64,000 nt of DNA, taken from positions 1-64,000 of the IMG/VR virus record IMGVR_UViG_3300037011_000606. One strand, given 5' to 3'. Within the stretch, counting starts at the first letter, position 1, and each line of letters starts with the position of its first letter. The notes beneath the pieces are model-generated. The model was not told the DNA's origin. It was given only the letters and a program-made list of their open reading frames with translations, and made no database searches. Position numbers and translations under genes: made by a program. This DNA is from a virus. Of this stretch, positions 34,492 through 44,297 are shown piece by piece.

Positions 34492-36620
34492 TACATCACC
34501 TCTATCGCAATTAGCCTCGCCGACATAGATCCACCTGCAGAAGATAAATACTCAAACTCCCCAGCTATATCCTCTACAATCGGAGTTGAAGTACCACTCG
34601 CAACTAAATAAACCTTCACCTTAACATTCAAATTGGCTGTTACCGCGAGCCCATTATCAAAGTTACTATTAGTTAATATCGTAATTCCATTCGTAGTTAT
34701 ATTTCCGCTATATGTAGTTAGCACACTATCATCACTCGCTTTCAACACCTCTATCTTATCTACATAGTCATTCACAGAGCACCCCGACGTCGTGATAGCT
34801 AGACTCTTTAGCTTAGCCCCAGCGGTCATCGTCTGAGATGCTGATTTCCAATCCCCAGAGGTGTTATACGGTAACACAGTCATATTCGTAAAGTCAACAT
34901 TACAACTGCTTCCTAAAGTCCCCGCGATATTATTTAAGTGAGCTGTAGGATATCCTGGCAAGAGTGTAACTCCCATACCATATATTATATATGCCGGCGC
35001 CCCAGAGAACCCAGCTGGTCTAGCTCTAGTATCTATCTGCGTCCAAGATGTACCATTAGTACCATAATAACTCGTTATATTACTCGCATCCAATACCACT
35101 TTGTAATAATACCAAGTTCCAGTAGTTGGGCTTCCAGTCATAGTCCCAGAGAAAGCTCCAGCTATATTTCTCACATTCTCATGCTTCAACCCACCGTTAG
35201 TACCAATGCCCGCGCCATAGTAATTACTCGTATCCCAATATAAACATACCTGTGGCAACCAGCTATTACCAACAGCCACATCGGTCTTCATTCTTCCAAT
35301 AATGGTTACATTATCTACTGCCCAAGTTCTTTGAAAGTGACAATACCAATACAAATCACTATTTATCCTAACATATCCCGTGTTATCAGTAATCGTAGAA
35401 GTTGAATATTTATCATCCGTCCAACCAGCTATTCTACTTCCTCCGCTGACCCTATCACAAAGTAACGGTGCGCTGCCGATAGCATCCGCAGCTATTAAAT
35501 AATTATCCGTAACCGTTTCCGTATTACTCTTACTCCCACTATCAAAGTCCGCCGTAGTTGTTATTACAAATCCGCCAGGTCCACTTACCCAACCATCTAA
35601 TGCTTCTAATATAATAGACGATGAATTATCCCCAACAAAGTAAACCTTCAACTTAACATCAACATTATAAGTGCAATCGAATCCATTATCAAAATTCGCG
35701 GAATATAATGATGTAGTCCCACTCGAAGTTATATTCCCACTGTAAGTAGATAATACTACACTGTCGCTAGCCCTTAAAACTTCCACCTTATCAATATAAT
35801 TATTAGCATCTGCCGAACTCACAGTAAAGTCCAACTTGTACAACTTCTTTCCAGACATGCGTATTGTAGCAGACGCCCAATTACCTGTGGTATTATATGG
35901 TAGCAAGGTCAAATCAGACATCCTCCATTCATAGGAGGTTGAGCTACCCGCATCGCTATTTAAATGATACCCAGTATATGTGGGTAGTAGAGAAACTCCA
36001 CTCCCCCATATTACATAAGCTGGCGCCCCGGAAAACCCAGCTGGCCTAGAACCCCAGGCCTGTATCAACGTCCAAGAACTTCCATCACTACTATAATACC
36101 CCTTAACATCCCCAGCAGATAACACAATCTTATAATAGTAGTATGTGCTATAAGAAGGTGTTCCAGTCATAGTAGTAGCCCAAGCGCCAGCTACAACATG
36201 ATTACACTCATGCTTTAAATTAGTACTCCCACCATCGGCTCCAAGCCCACACCCCCACCAATTATCCCTATCCCAATATAACGCCACCAATGGAAACCAG
36301 CTATTCCCTATCAAATTAAGCATCACATTAATCTTACCTATAATAGTCACATTATCAGTACTATTGCTTCTTTGTACATGCATATACTTATATCTATCGG
36401 TGGAAAAGTACAAATTATCAGTATCATCCACTATAGTATTACTTCCACTTACATCGACCGTCCACCCACTCTTTCTAGCCCCACCACTTATCCTATCACA
36501 TACCAAAGGAGCTAATCCTATAGCATTCGCGGCTATCAAGTAATTGTCAGTCACTGTCTCTGTATCAGACTTTGACCCATTGTCAAAATCCGCGGTAGAT
36601 GTAAACGAAAAATCAGCCAT
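34491..36620 (-). CDS. receptor-binding/tail fibre protein with two tandem ~345-aa lectin-like repeats
   Basis: duplicated TADFD.GSKS.TETVTDNYLIAA and RPAGFSGAPAY; YYKIVL..YYSSDGSSW ConA-like pattern. Confidence 0.65.
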   Translation of the reverse strand: MADFSFTSTADFDNGSKSDTETVTDNYLIAANAIGLAPLVCDRISGGARKSGWTVDVSGSNTIVDDTDNLYFSTDRYKYMHVQRSNSTDNVTIIGKINVMLNLIGNSWFPLVALYWDRDNWWGCGLGADGGSTNLKHECNHVVAGAWATTMTGTPSYSTYYYYKIVLSAGDVKGYYSSDGSSWTLIQAWGSRPAGFSGAPAYVIWGSGVSLLPTYTGYHLNSDAGSSTSYEWRMSDLTLLPYNTTGNWASATIRMSGKKLYKLDFTVSSADANNYIDKVEVLRASDSVVLSTYSGNITSSGTTSLYSANFDNGFDCTYNVDVKLKVYFVGDNSSSIILEALDGWVSGPGGFVITTTADFDSGSKSNTETVTDNYLIAADAIGSAPLLCDRVSGGSRIAGWTDDKYSTSTITDNTGYVRINSDLYWYCHFQRTWAVDNVTIIGRMKTDVAVGNSWLPQVCLYWDTSNYYGAGIGTNGGLKHENVRNIAGAFSGTMTGSPTTGTWYYYKVVLDASNITSYYGTNGTSWTQIDTRARPAGFSGAPAYIIYGMGVTLLPGYPTAHLNNIAGTLGSSCNVDFTNMTVLPYNTSGDWKSASQTMTAGAKLKSLAITTSGCSVNDYVDKIEVLKASDDSVLTTYSGNITTNGITILTNSNFDNGLAVTANLNVKVKVYLVASGTSTPIVEDIAGEFEYLSSAGGSMSARLIAIEVM

Positions 36621-36894
36621 CTGTAACCTCTATAACTATATCCCCACCACTCCTTTCGTAAGCTGCAACTACCACCCCAGCAGCTTTATTCTTAGCCTTG
36701 CCATCCTCTCCCAACAGTTTGGTATCAACTACCTTGTCCACCCTCTCTAGCGGAGTAACTGTAATTATGACCTTATCATCCTTAATCACCTGACTAACAC
36801 TGTAATCAGTGACATGAACGTCCGCCGCCACCATAGCTTCGTGTACTAAATTTAAAGCGTTAGCCTTCTCCTTCCACCCCTTAATAACTACCAT
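36613..36894 (-). CDS. hypothetical virion-associated protein
   Basis: in tail module; RBS present. Confidence 0.55.
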   Translation of the reverse strand: MVVIKGWKEKANALNLVHEAMVAADVHVTDYSVSQVIKDDKVIITVTPLERVDKVVDTKLLGEDGKAKNKAAGVVVAAYERSGGDIVIEVTDG

Positions 36895-36898
36895 CTCC

Positions 36899-37366
36899 TC
36901 ACCCCAGATAAAATCTCAACCCAACCTTAACATCATGAAGCAACAAACTATCATAATCAGTCAGGGCATTTGTCCACTGAAACTCATAAGTTGCATCCTC
37001 CGCATCCACAGTAGACTTAACATCTATCGACCCAACTATAGCATCTCCAGGCCCATCTGAAGAACCCCCAACCTTCAGCTCATCGTCTACGAACTTAATA
37101 GCATTAGTTAAGGATCCTCCACTCTTCTTCACCTGTATGTATTGAGTCCCGCTGAGCTTATTCGTACTACTATTGCTATTCTCCACCTTTCTAAACATTA
37201 CAATAGCTTCAACCCTCTTCAACACCAATCCCGTGGGAAAGAAGCCAGGAAGCACAACTACAGAGGGCAAGGTCGGATCCAAACTACCAGAGGTTGTTAG
37301 AGTTACTGTAGCCTGAGGTTCAGAGAACTGCGTCAATACTACTTGCTTCTTCATATACGTCGTCAA
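36899..37366 (-). CDS. putative tail/spike accessory beta-sandwich protein
   Basis: beta-rich; coupled to spike gene. Confidence 0.5.
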   Translation of the reverse strand: MTTYMKKQVVLTQFSEPQATVTLTTSGSLDPTLPSVVVLPGFFPTGLVLKRVEAIVMFRKVENSNSSTNKLSGTQYIQVKKSGGSLTNAIKFVDDELKVGGSSDGPGDAIVGSIDVKSTVDAEDATYEFQWTNALTDYDSLLLHDVKVGLRFYLG

Positions 37367-38562
37367 GTATACACCACCATTATAATAATTGAAAAGTCCG
37401 AGGGTAATAAAGCTGCATCATCCGACACCGCATCCGTATCTACAGTTAACCTATCATTCTGCGCCAAGGAAACTATGTCAGGTATTCCACTAGCCGCATA
37501 AGCTTCTCCCCCACCGGCTGTCGCAGTAATCGTCGGCCTATTAGCTTGAGTAGTAAATATAGTAACACCATTTTTATTCACATCCCAAATACTACTAGTC
37601 ACCCCTCCCCCATTCTTTCCTCTCTCTTTAACATCAGCTACCACTCTAGAGATTGTACATGCAGCTGGAGCTATCCAAGCACCATCAACCCTAGTATCTA
37701 TAATAAACTCTCCAGTGCCCACAAACCTAATAGTCTCCTGTGGTGAAGCACCCGCTGGAGCAGCTGGGGTACCATGAGTATGATCTCCTTTTGAGAATGT
37801 AGCCGCTGTTCCTGCATTTGAAGCTTGTCCAAATGAAGTCTCAGTAGTCACCGTTGTAGCTGCCACCGGAATAGTAGGTGCAGCGGGTGTTCCATGAGTA
37901 TGATCGCCCCTAGAGAAGGCAGTGGCTACCCCTGCACTTGGAGCCTGGCCAAATGCTATCTCACTAACTACCGTACCTGATGGCGAAGATCCAGAACCAC
38001 TACTCAACTCTATAGTAACCCCATTAACCCTAACCTTAATCTTAGTCCCATTCCTCCAGATCATCCCATCTACAGGGGTCGTAGGATCCGCACTAAGGTC
38101 CTGTAAAGCTAACTCCTTCTCTACCCCCACCCTTCCAGTTAACATCATCTGTCCAACTGGCCAATTAATATTGGTCTCATTAGCTAACACAAACCCCGCT
38201 AAAACTATAGCATACTCCCTATTGAAATACTCCTCACTATCAATATCCCTTTGAACCACCTGAGTATTAGTAATAAGCGTATCTAGGTTAAACTTCGAAA
38301 ATCCGACCAATACCACATCGCCCACAGCTACAGGCAACAACACCATCGATGTTCCCCCTCTGGGAAACACCATTGGCACATCTTCCAACTCCAAATAAGG
38401 GTTGTCAATCCTTTCAATCTTAATCTTAACCCCAACGGTCATCCCACTGTTAACCTTAGTGATAACCCCCGGACACAAAGTCCAGACCCCTCTAACCAAC
38501 TCCAATATCATATTGCGAGTGTGGTCAGGAATGCTGACTGGCTCGTCATTAACTGCTTGCAT
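37363..38562 (-). CDS. baseplate central spike (Gp138/gpV-like) with extended C-terminus
   Basis: CPGVI...LEDVPMVFPRGG...LPVAVGDVVLVGFS; two FS(R/K)GDHTHGTPAAP repeats. Confidence 0.8.
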   Translation of the reverse strand: MQAVNDEPVSIPDHTRNMILELVRGVWTLCPGVITKVNSGMTVGVKIKIERIDNPYLELEDVPMVFPRGGTSMVLLPVAVGDVVLVGFSKFNLDTLITNTQVVQRDIDSEEYFNREYAIVLAGFVLANETNINWPVGQMMLTGRVGVEKELALQDLSADPTTPVDGMIWRNGTKIKVRVNGVTIELSSGSGSSPSGTVVSEIAFGQAPSAGVATAFSRGDHTHGTPAAPTIPVAATTVTTETSFGQASNAGTAATFSKGDHTHGTPAAPAGASPQETIRFVGTGEFIIDTRVDGAWIAPAACTISRVVADVKERGKNGGGVTSSIWDVNKNGVTIFTTQANRPTITATAGGGEAYAASGIPDIVSLAQNDRLTVDTDAVSDDAALLPSDFSIIIMVVYT

Positions 38563-39752
38563 TATCCACTCTCCGGTGGGAACAAACTTTCATCATATCC
38601 ATACTCATACTCATTCTCCAAATCTCCCTCCAAACTAACATCCTCAGAGGGCAATACTAATATAGGCTCGGAGTTTATAACACTCTGTGTAGCTTTTAGC
38701 AATCTGCAGTTCATCTCAACATAATGATCAGATGCACTGCTTACAAACCTAACATCATCAGCTATGTAATACCTCACATGTTGGCGATATTCTACCTGTA
38801 TAACCGAACTCCTAAACATGCGCCAATCCAACAGTACTTTAATAGTATACTTAGAATCAGAGGTATTCCCCTTATCATCTCTACTCTGTTCAACAGACAT
38901 CAATCCTGTCTTCTCATTAAACACTAGCCCAGTTGGCATGCCCAAATTCTTCCTCATACAATAAAATCTGCCTTGCCTCATGAACCAGTGCATTGGATAT
39001 TGTACTCTCTTCCCTTCAGTGGGAGATGTTGTAGAGGTCGATACCCATACCCCCTGATGAAAAGCCCGATCAACAATCTCCGATAACCAATACTTAAAAG
39101 TGTGGTCAGTGTTTAGTGCAAAATTCTGCAACATACACTCATCTAAAACTTCCTTATCCAAAAACCCAATTACAACATTAGTTAACTGCAACATATCTTC
39201 AATAACCGTAGTGTACTTTGTTCCCTTTATCCATCGCTGACTACCAACCCTCTGTAGAAACGTCGTTTGATCTTCTACACATTCCAAAGTCAAACAATCA
39301 TCATTATCTGACCTACTCCAGGACATAGATTGCACTTTGCCTAAGAAAATAACCCCATAGTTCGACAACCTACCTGCCATAACAGAAACATATGACCCCT
39401 TGCCATACTGCTTCAATAATCCAAAATGATTAACATTATACAACTTCACTGTACAATCACTTGGTTGAACATTCTTCCCATATTTAATATCAATATCTAT
39501 ATCCACCCCTTTTACCCACCTACCACCCTCATGCCTCCCCGTATGATATTTCGCCCCATACTTCCCTATCTCCTCCTCAGATTTTCCTTCCTTCGCCCAA
39601 GCTTCTACCTGAGCTTTAATACTACCCAAAGCACTTACTATACTTGGGGCTGGAGCTATAGCTACCTCTATATATTTACAATCAAAAGGCTTAGCTAAGT
39701 TCAACTCCTGAATACTTTTTAACGGGGGTATTGTAGGTGGAATTACGACCAT
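38562..39752 (-). CDS. baseplate hub protein
   Basis: TVKLYN...VMAG...IFLGKV; NEKTGLM; position between plug and spike. Confidence 0.7.
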   Translation of the reverse strand: MVVIPPTIPPLKSIQELNLAKPFDCKYIEVAIAPAPSIVSALGSIKAQVEAWAKEGKSEEEIGKYGAKYHTGRHEGGRWVKGVDIDIDIKYGKNVQPSDCTVKLYNVNHFGLLKQYGKGSYVSVMAGRLSNYGVIFLGKVQSMSWSRSDNDDCLTLECVEDQTTFLQRVGSQRWIKGTKYTTVIEDMLQLTNVVIGFLDKEVLDECMLQNFALNTDHTFKYWLSEIVDRAFHQGVWVSTSTTSPTEGKRVQYPMHWFMRQGRFYCMRKNLGMPTGLVFNEKTGLMSVEQSRDDKGNTSDSKYTIKVLLDWRMFRSSVIQVEYRQHVRYYIADDVRFVSSASDHYVEMNCRLLKATQSVINSEPILVLPSEDVSLEGDLENEYEYGYDESLFPPESG

Positions 39753-40042
39753 GGGATAAACAACCTAATATCTACATTATCTTCACTTATCTCTTCCGCG
39801 GTTAATAGACCTATCTCTATGCCATTGGTAGGACTCTTTATCGGAATGAAACACCCCTCGCTTAACCTCCCTTGAAAAACAACTGTACCATCACCCATCT
39901 TCCAAGTGAGTATTAACGAATCATCATAGGAGTTAAACCTATAGGTAAAGCTAAACAACATCTTATCAATCTCTGCAAATACTATCTGCGGAAACCCAGC
40001 TAGATAATTCACAGGAAATGCTACATAATCCATACTTGTCAT
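39743..40042 (-). CDS. baseplate plug-like protein
   Basis: FSFTYRFNSYDDS; synteny. Confidence 0.55.
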   Translation of the reverse strand: MTSMDYVAFPVNYLAGFPQIVFAEIDKMLFSFTYRFNSYDDSLILTWKMGDGTVVFQGRLSEGCFIPIKSPTNGIEIGLLTAEEISEDNVDIRLFIPWS

Positions 40043-40046
40043 ATTC

Positions 40047-40673
40047 TCACTTCCAATATTCATTCCAACCTTTAACCAAAGGTCTATCTGCTAACCAATC
40101 ATAAGATGCTTCCCACCACTCCTTATTCTTCGAAGTGGTTGCCGGTTTAATCAAGGTCACCTTATCATAATCTCCAACTGGCGTAAGTCCAATCACCGTG
40201 CCATCAGAGTCCACAATATATTGAAAGGTCGCTGCTTCAAAACTCACAACATTCAGTTGCTTAATCGATAGGGATGCTTCAAAAGATGACTTCGAAGCAC
40301 TAGATTCTTTAGTACTCAACCCAGTGATTATCATATTTTCAAATGAACCCAAATCACAGACAAACTTAAACATCATCTTATTGTCCCAGAGCCAAGCCAA
40401 ATAGTTATACTGCTCAACTCTATTAAATACACCTTTTGCACTATAATTCCCACCTATAGGATAAGCTTCATCAGAACTCTGATAATTAGGATTAGTCACA
40501 TCTTCATAGAAGGTTATATCCAACTCAAAAGCCACTGGATCATTTGTTATATGAAAATCAACATATACGCCCTCTTCAAGAGCCGCCTGAGTAGTGCTGG
40601 CAGACAGATTGAGCGTAACCGACTTGCACCCCTTATATGTATACGTTCCTATTCTAACATTAGTATTCTTCAT
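40047..40673 (-). CDS. tail tube initiator/Dit-like baseplate protein
   Basis: T..ALEEG...DFHITNDP; FENMIITGLS; follows tape measure. Confidence 0.7.
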   Translation of the reverse strand: MKNTNVRIGTYTYKGCKSVTLNLSASTTQAALEEGVYVDFHITNDPVAFELDITFYEDVTNPNYQSSDEAYPIGGNYSAKGVFNRVEQYNYLAWLWDNKMMFKFVCDLGSFENMIITGLSTKESSASKSSFEASLSIKQLNVVSFEAATFQYIVDSDGTVIGLTPVGDYDKVTLIKPATTSKNKEWWEASYDWLADRPLVKGWNEYWK

Positions 40674-43256
40674 TTAACCCACCGAGCCTCTATACTGATT
40701 GCTCAACCTCTTCATAGACTCATCGGCAGCATCCACAATAGTGCTCTTTAACTTCCTCTCTGACATAGCACCATGTATCTGTGTTCCAGACACATTAACA
40801 TTAACCACTGGAGCAAAAGCTCTCCCACTCCTCGCATTAACACTCCCTTCAAAAGAACTCCTAACACCAAATCCAACCCTTCCTTTTCCCCCTCTCAAAT
40901 TGTTAATCCCCTCACCTAGAGAGTTAACGGAATCTAGAGCAGCCTCAGAATCTAACTGCATATCATGGAAGAAGGGCGAATGAGATCCACTGTTCTCATA
41001 ACTATCTCCAGTTGCCCCAAAAGCTTGAGCCAGCGAGGCCAAAGCACCAACAACTACCATTATCGAAGCGGCAATCAATATCAGAGGGTTAGCCCATAAG
41101 GCAGCATTCAACGCCCACATTACTATAATCACTCCACCAATTATCGAAGCCAACCATCCAAGCCCACTAGCCACCAACATAATTAAGCTTGCAAACAGCA
41201 TCAATGGACTTATTCTCATAACAAAGTTCATAATTCTCTGGGCATTCGAAACTGCATTAGTCGCAAACAAATACACCCAAAGTTTTTGTGCGGCTAATAC
41301 TAAAGCATCTCCATGACCCTTTAGACTAATTGCTGAAGCCCATGACCAAAATGCATGCATTTTATCAGCTGCCGCCGCAGCCCAAGCAGCAGCAGCCTTT
41401 TTAGTAAACCCAGCAGCAACCAGCTTCGACCTCACCCACAATAAGAACAATGCTGAGGCTAATATCATTACCGTAGTAGCTAATATCTTCATAGCTGTAT
41501 TACCAGTATGATAAGCCTTAATCAATAGGATAAACGACGCAAACATCAATGTGAAGTATATAGTGCATATCATTAAGGGAGCTACAACTCTCCACAATGA
41601 AGCCGCCAACATATTGGCAGACTTAGCCAACAACTTATAACTCTCTTTCATAAGAGAAGCATTATTTATCATCGCTTGCCTTCCCAATATAGCATTTGTC
41701 GATTCAATCTGAGTATTCACGACTGATTGTGCTGCTGCAACCAACACCAATGTACCTACGAAGGTCATTAGCTGACCGCCCACTTTAGCAAGAGTAGAAC
41801 CCACTAACAACGAAACAGCCACCACTTGCTTAAATGCAGGAGGCAACTGATTAACTAACTTAACCAACTCCGTTAACAGACTATTCATATCCTTAAACAT
41901 GGGAGCCAAACTCTCGCCAAAGGACGCATACAATGTATTAATAGTTGCATTCAATATATCTGTCGTCCCTTTCAACGTCTTTAATCTCTCATCTACTATC
42001 TCCCCAGCCACCGAAGCTTGTTTAACAACATCTATCCACTTCTCAGAGGTACTAGTCAACACCTTAATAATATTCTCCACACTATCTGCAGAAATACCCA
42101 TCTGCCCTAACTGTATTCTCAGATCATTAATGTCCACAGTTCTATTTTTTAGCTGCTCCTTCCACCCCATTAACACCTTAGTAACATCCCCGCCGAACTT
42201 AACCATCAATGCTTCCTTCGCTCCTACTGCCGCGAGCCCCAACTCTGTATCTCTCAAATCCTTAACATTTGAGCTATAGAGCGCTGACCATAAGGTCAAA
42301 GCTTCAGTTCCAAATATAGATTGCAAAGCAGCATTCCTCTGAACAGTAGACAGATCCTTTAGCTTATCCTGCAACTCCTCTACTATATCAGCCATCCCTT
42401 TGAGCGACCCATCTGTTTTAAGAATCTCTAACCCATACATCTTAACAGTAGCCGCTCCACCAGCTATTGTTCCCTGAGATGCTGCAGCAATCTTCTGCAA
42501 ATTGACCAATGAAATTCTTAACGCCCTACCTGCTATGCCCGCCCTAATCATATTATCTCCAGCGGTCATCAATACGGTCATAGTCTCTTCGAATGACCAA
42601 TGTGCCAAATCAGCAGCAGCTGCTACATACTTAAATGCCTCTCCCAGACTCTGAACCGTAACCACCGAAGAATTTGCAGCATATGCCAACTCTCCAGTTA
42701 TGCCAGACATAGTCTGCATAATACTATTAGCATCTCTCGCTTTCATCGAAAACCCATTAAATACACCTACCGCAAGGTCAGTGGCCTCTTGAACACTAAT
42801 CATGCCAACTCTGGCCAAATCCAAAACACCCTTCGTCGCAGCCATCGTCTCAGTGAGATTAAAGCCTGCCATAGCTAAGGACTGCATAGCCTGGCCAACT
42901 TCCTTAGCAGTAAATCCAGTCTGTACGCTAAGGGCCAACATCTCCTCAGTTACCTTCCTAGTCTGTTCAGCAGTAGCCCCCAATACAGTCCCTACTATAG
43001 AAGCTTGATACTCCACATCTGAAAATGCACTAGTCATCTGACTAACTACTTTCCCAACCGTATTCCCAATCCTATTTAAAACTCCACCCGCTGCCATTAA
43101 TCCAAAAGCCATATAAAGAAACGTGGTTCTCGACTGACTCATCTTAACGCCAGTCTCATCAAGTACATTACCAACCTGTTTAAATTGTTGCTGAGCCTGC
43201 GAGGTATTAGATGTGACTAATATATGGGCGTGCCCTGTAACACTGCTATCTGCCAT
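40674..43256 (-). CDS. tape measure protein (TP901 family)
   Basis: TGFTAKEVGQAMQSLAMAGF...LDLA...LGEAFKYVA...AGRALR; hydrophobic C-half. Confidence 0.93.
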   Translation of the reverse strand: MADSSVTGHAHILVTSNTSQAQQQFKQVGNVLDETGVKMSQSRTTFLYMAFGLMAAGGVLNRIGNTVGKVVSQMTSAFSDVEYQASIVGTVLGATAEQTRKVTEEMLALSVQTGFTAKEVGQAMQSLAMAGFNLTETMAATKGVLDLARVGMISVQEATDLAVGVFNGFSMKARDANSIMQTMSGITGELAYAANSSVVTVQSLGEAFKYVAAAADLAHWSFEETMTVLMTAGDNMIRAGIAGRALRISLVNLQKIAAASQGTIAGGAATVKMYGLEILKTDGSLKGMADIVEELQDKLKDLSTVQRNAALQSIFGTEALTLWSALYSSNVKDLRDTELGLAAVGAKEALMVKFGGDVTKVLMGWKEQLKNRTVDINDLRIQLGQMGISADSVENIIKVLTSTSEKWIDVVKQASVAGEIVDERLKTLKGTTDILNATINTLYASFGESLAPMFKDMNSLLTELVKLVNQLPPAFKQVVAVSLLVGSTLAKVGGQLMTFVGTLVLVAAAQSVVNTQIESTNAILGRQAMINNASLMKESYKLLAKSANMLAASLWRVVAPLMICTIYFTLMFASFILLIKAYHTGNTAMKILATTVMILASALFLLWVRSKLVAAGFTKKAAAAWAAAAADKMHAFWSWASAISLKGHGDALVLAAQKLWVYLFATNAVSNAQRIMNFVMRISPLMLFASLIMLVASGLGWLASIIGGVIIVMWALNAALWANPLILIAASIMVVVGALASLAQAFGATGDSYENSGSHSPFFHDMQLDSEAALDSVNSLGEGINNLRGGKGRVGFGVRSSFEGSVNARSGRAFAPVVNVNVSGTQIHGAMSERKLKSTIVDAADESMKRLSNQYRGSVG

Positions 43257-43477
43257 CAATCCATCTCCATAAATTGAAACCTGTTAAGATGATTACCGTG
43301 AGAACCACTCATTTGTTTAAACTGTCCTGACTGCATCTCATACCATTTGGTTAAGGCCAAAGCATACCTCATTGTCTTTCTTATGGGCCATGCTCTGACC
43401 TCTTCCACATCTTTATTAAACTCTTTTGCTATGAGATAGAAGTCGTATTCATCTTCTACCTCTAACTCTGCTTTTTT
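43256..43477 (-). CDS. tail assembly chaperone extension (gpT-like), expressed by -1 frameshift
   Basis: slippery A AAA AAG at 43477-43471; -1 frame open for about 70 codons (FYLIAKEFNKDVEEVRAWP) to a TGA overlapping the TMP ATG. Confidence 0.8.
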   Translation of the reverse strand, partial: KKAELEVEDEYDFYLIAKEFNKDVEEVRAWPIRKTMRYALALTKWYEMQSGQFKQMSGSHGNHLNRFQFMEMD

Positions 43478-43797
43478 CGAGCCATCTCCGTCAGGCCGAG
43501 TAACTCCTCGACTTCACCAACGAGAGTAATCCTAACCACTCCTCTCAGATCTCTCGACCAGTCAATCTTTGGCTCGATAATAACCGCCTTGAGCAACTCC
43601 TTAGCATAAGTCTCTTGATCCATCTTTCCATCCTTATCTGTTGCTGACCTAGTCAATGCGAATATTTCCGCGCCGCCTATGTCTCTGCACTTAAACTGTA
43701 TACCGAAGGCCTCGAAGGTAAAAAATTCCTCCTTATAATACAGCTTCTCGAGATCGGGCTTCGATCCCTCTGCCTCTGGGGTTTTCCCAACTACCAT
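43462..43797 (-). CDS. tail assembly chaperone (gpG-like)
   Basis: between tube and TMP; ends at the slippery site. Confidence 0.8.
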   Translation of the reverse strand: MVVGKTPEAEGSKPDLEKLYYKEEFFTFEAFGIQFKCRDIGGAEIFALTRSATDKDGKMDQETYAKELLKAVIIEPKIDWSRDLRGVVRITLVGEVEELLGLTEMARKKQS

Positions 43798-43849
43798 ATT
43801 CCTTCCTCCTAATTATTGAGCGTGAAAAAAGAAAAAAGATACTACGAGA

Positions 43850-44287
43850 TTAATTCGTATTCTCGTAGTATCCATATCCCGAAAACTTATACACGTACAC
43901 CGGAGCGTTCTTCTTGTCGGTCTTGAACTCTGGGAAGCCCTGCGGCATCGCAAAGTGCATACCCTTTACTTTGAAGCCATACGCTTTTTCAAAGTCGCTC
44001 TCTACAGAGATGACAAACGTCACCGGAGTCAACGATCCTTCCTTTGCCTGTTCTATCAATCCTCTCAGGTAATCATTCTCAGGCGAAGAAGCGTTCAGTG
44101 CGATTGTTGCCTCGGCCTTAGTAGAGGTATCAACGTTGAACCCCACTTCACTGACCAATCCATCAATCACAGAGGACTCGCTCGCTGGAGTTATTCCGAA
44201 ACCCTCAGGAGCCACTCCCGTCATAGGTTTGCCACCTATCGTGCACTTTACCTTCTTTATGTTGAACACTTGCGCTGTATCAGCCAT
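43850..44287 (-). CDS. tail tube protein
   Basis: follows sheath; ATIALNASSPENDYL; GC3-rich; T-tract downstream. Confidence 0.75.
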   Translation of the reverse strand: MADTAQVFNIKKVKCTIGGKPMTGVAPEGFGITPASESSVIDGLVSEVGFNVDTSTKAEATIALNASSPENDYLRGLIEQAKEGSLTPVTFVISVESDFEKAYGFKVKGMHFAMPQGFPEFKTDKKNAPVYVYKFSGYGYYENTN

Positions 44288-44297
44288 TTACATCACC

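Noticed and set aside
34491-36620. Possible diversity-generating retroelement TR/VR pair
   Set aside because: The repeat differences are spread over all bases and synonymous sites rather than adenine-specific, and no reverse transcriptase is in the window.
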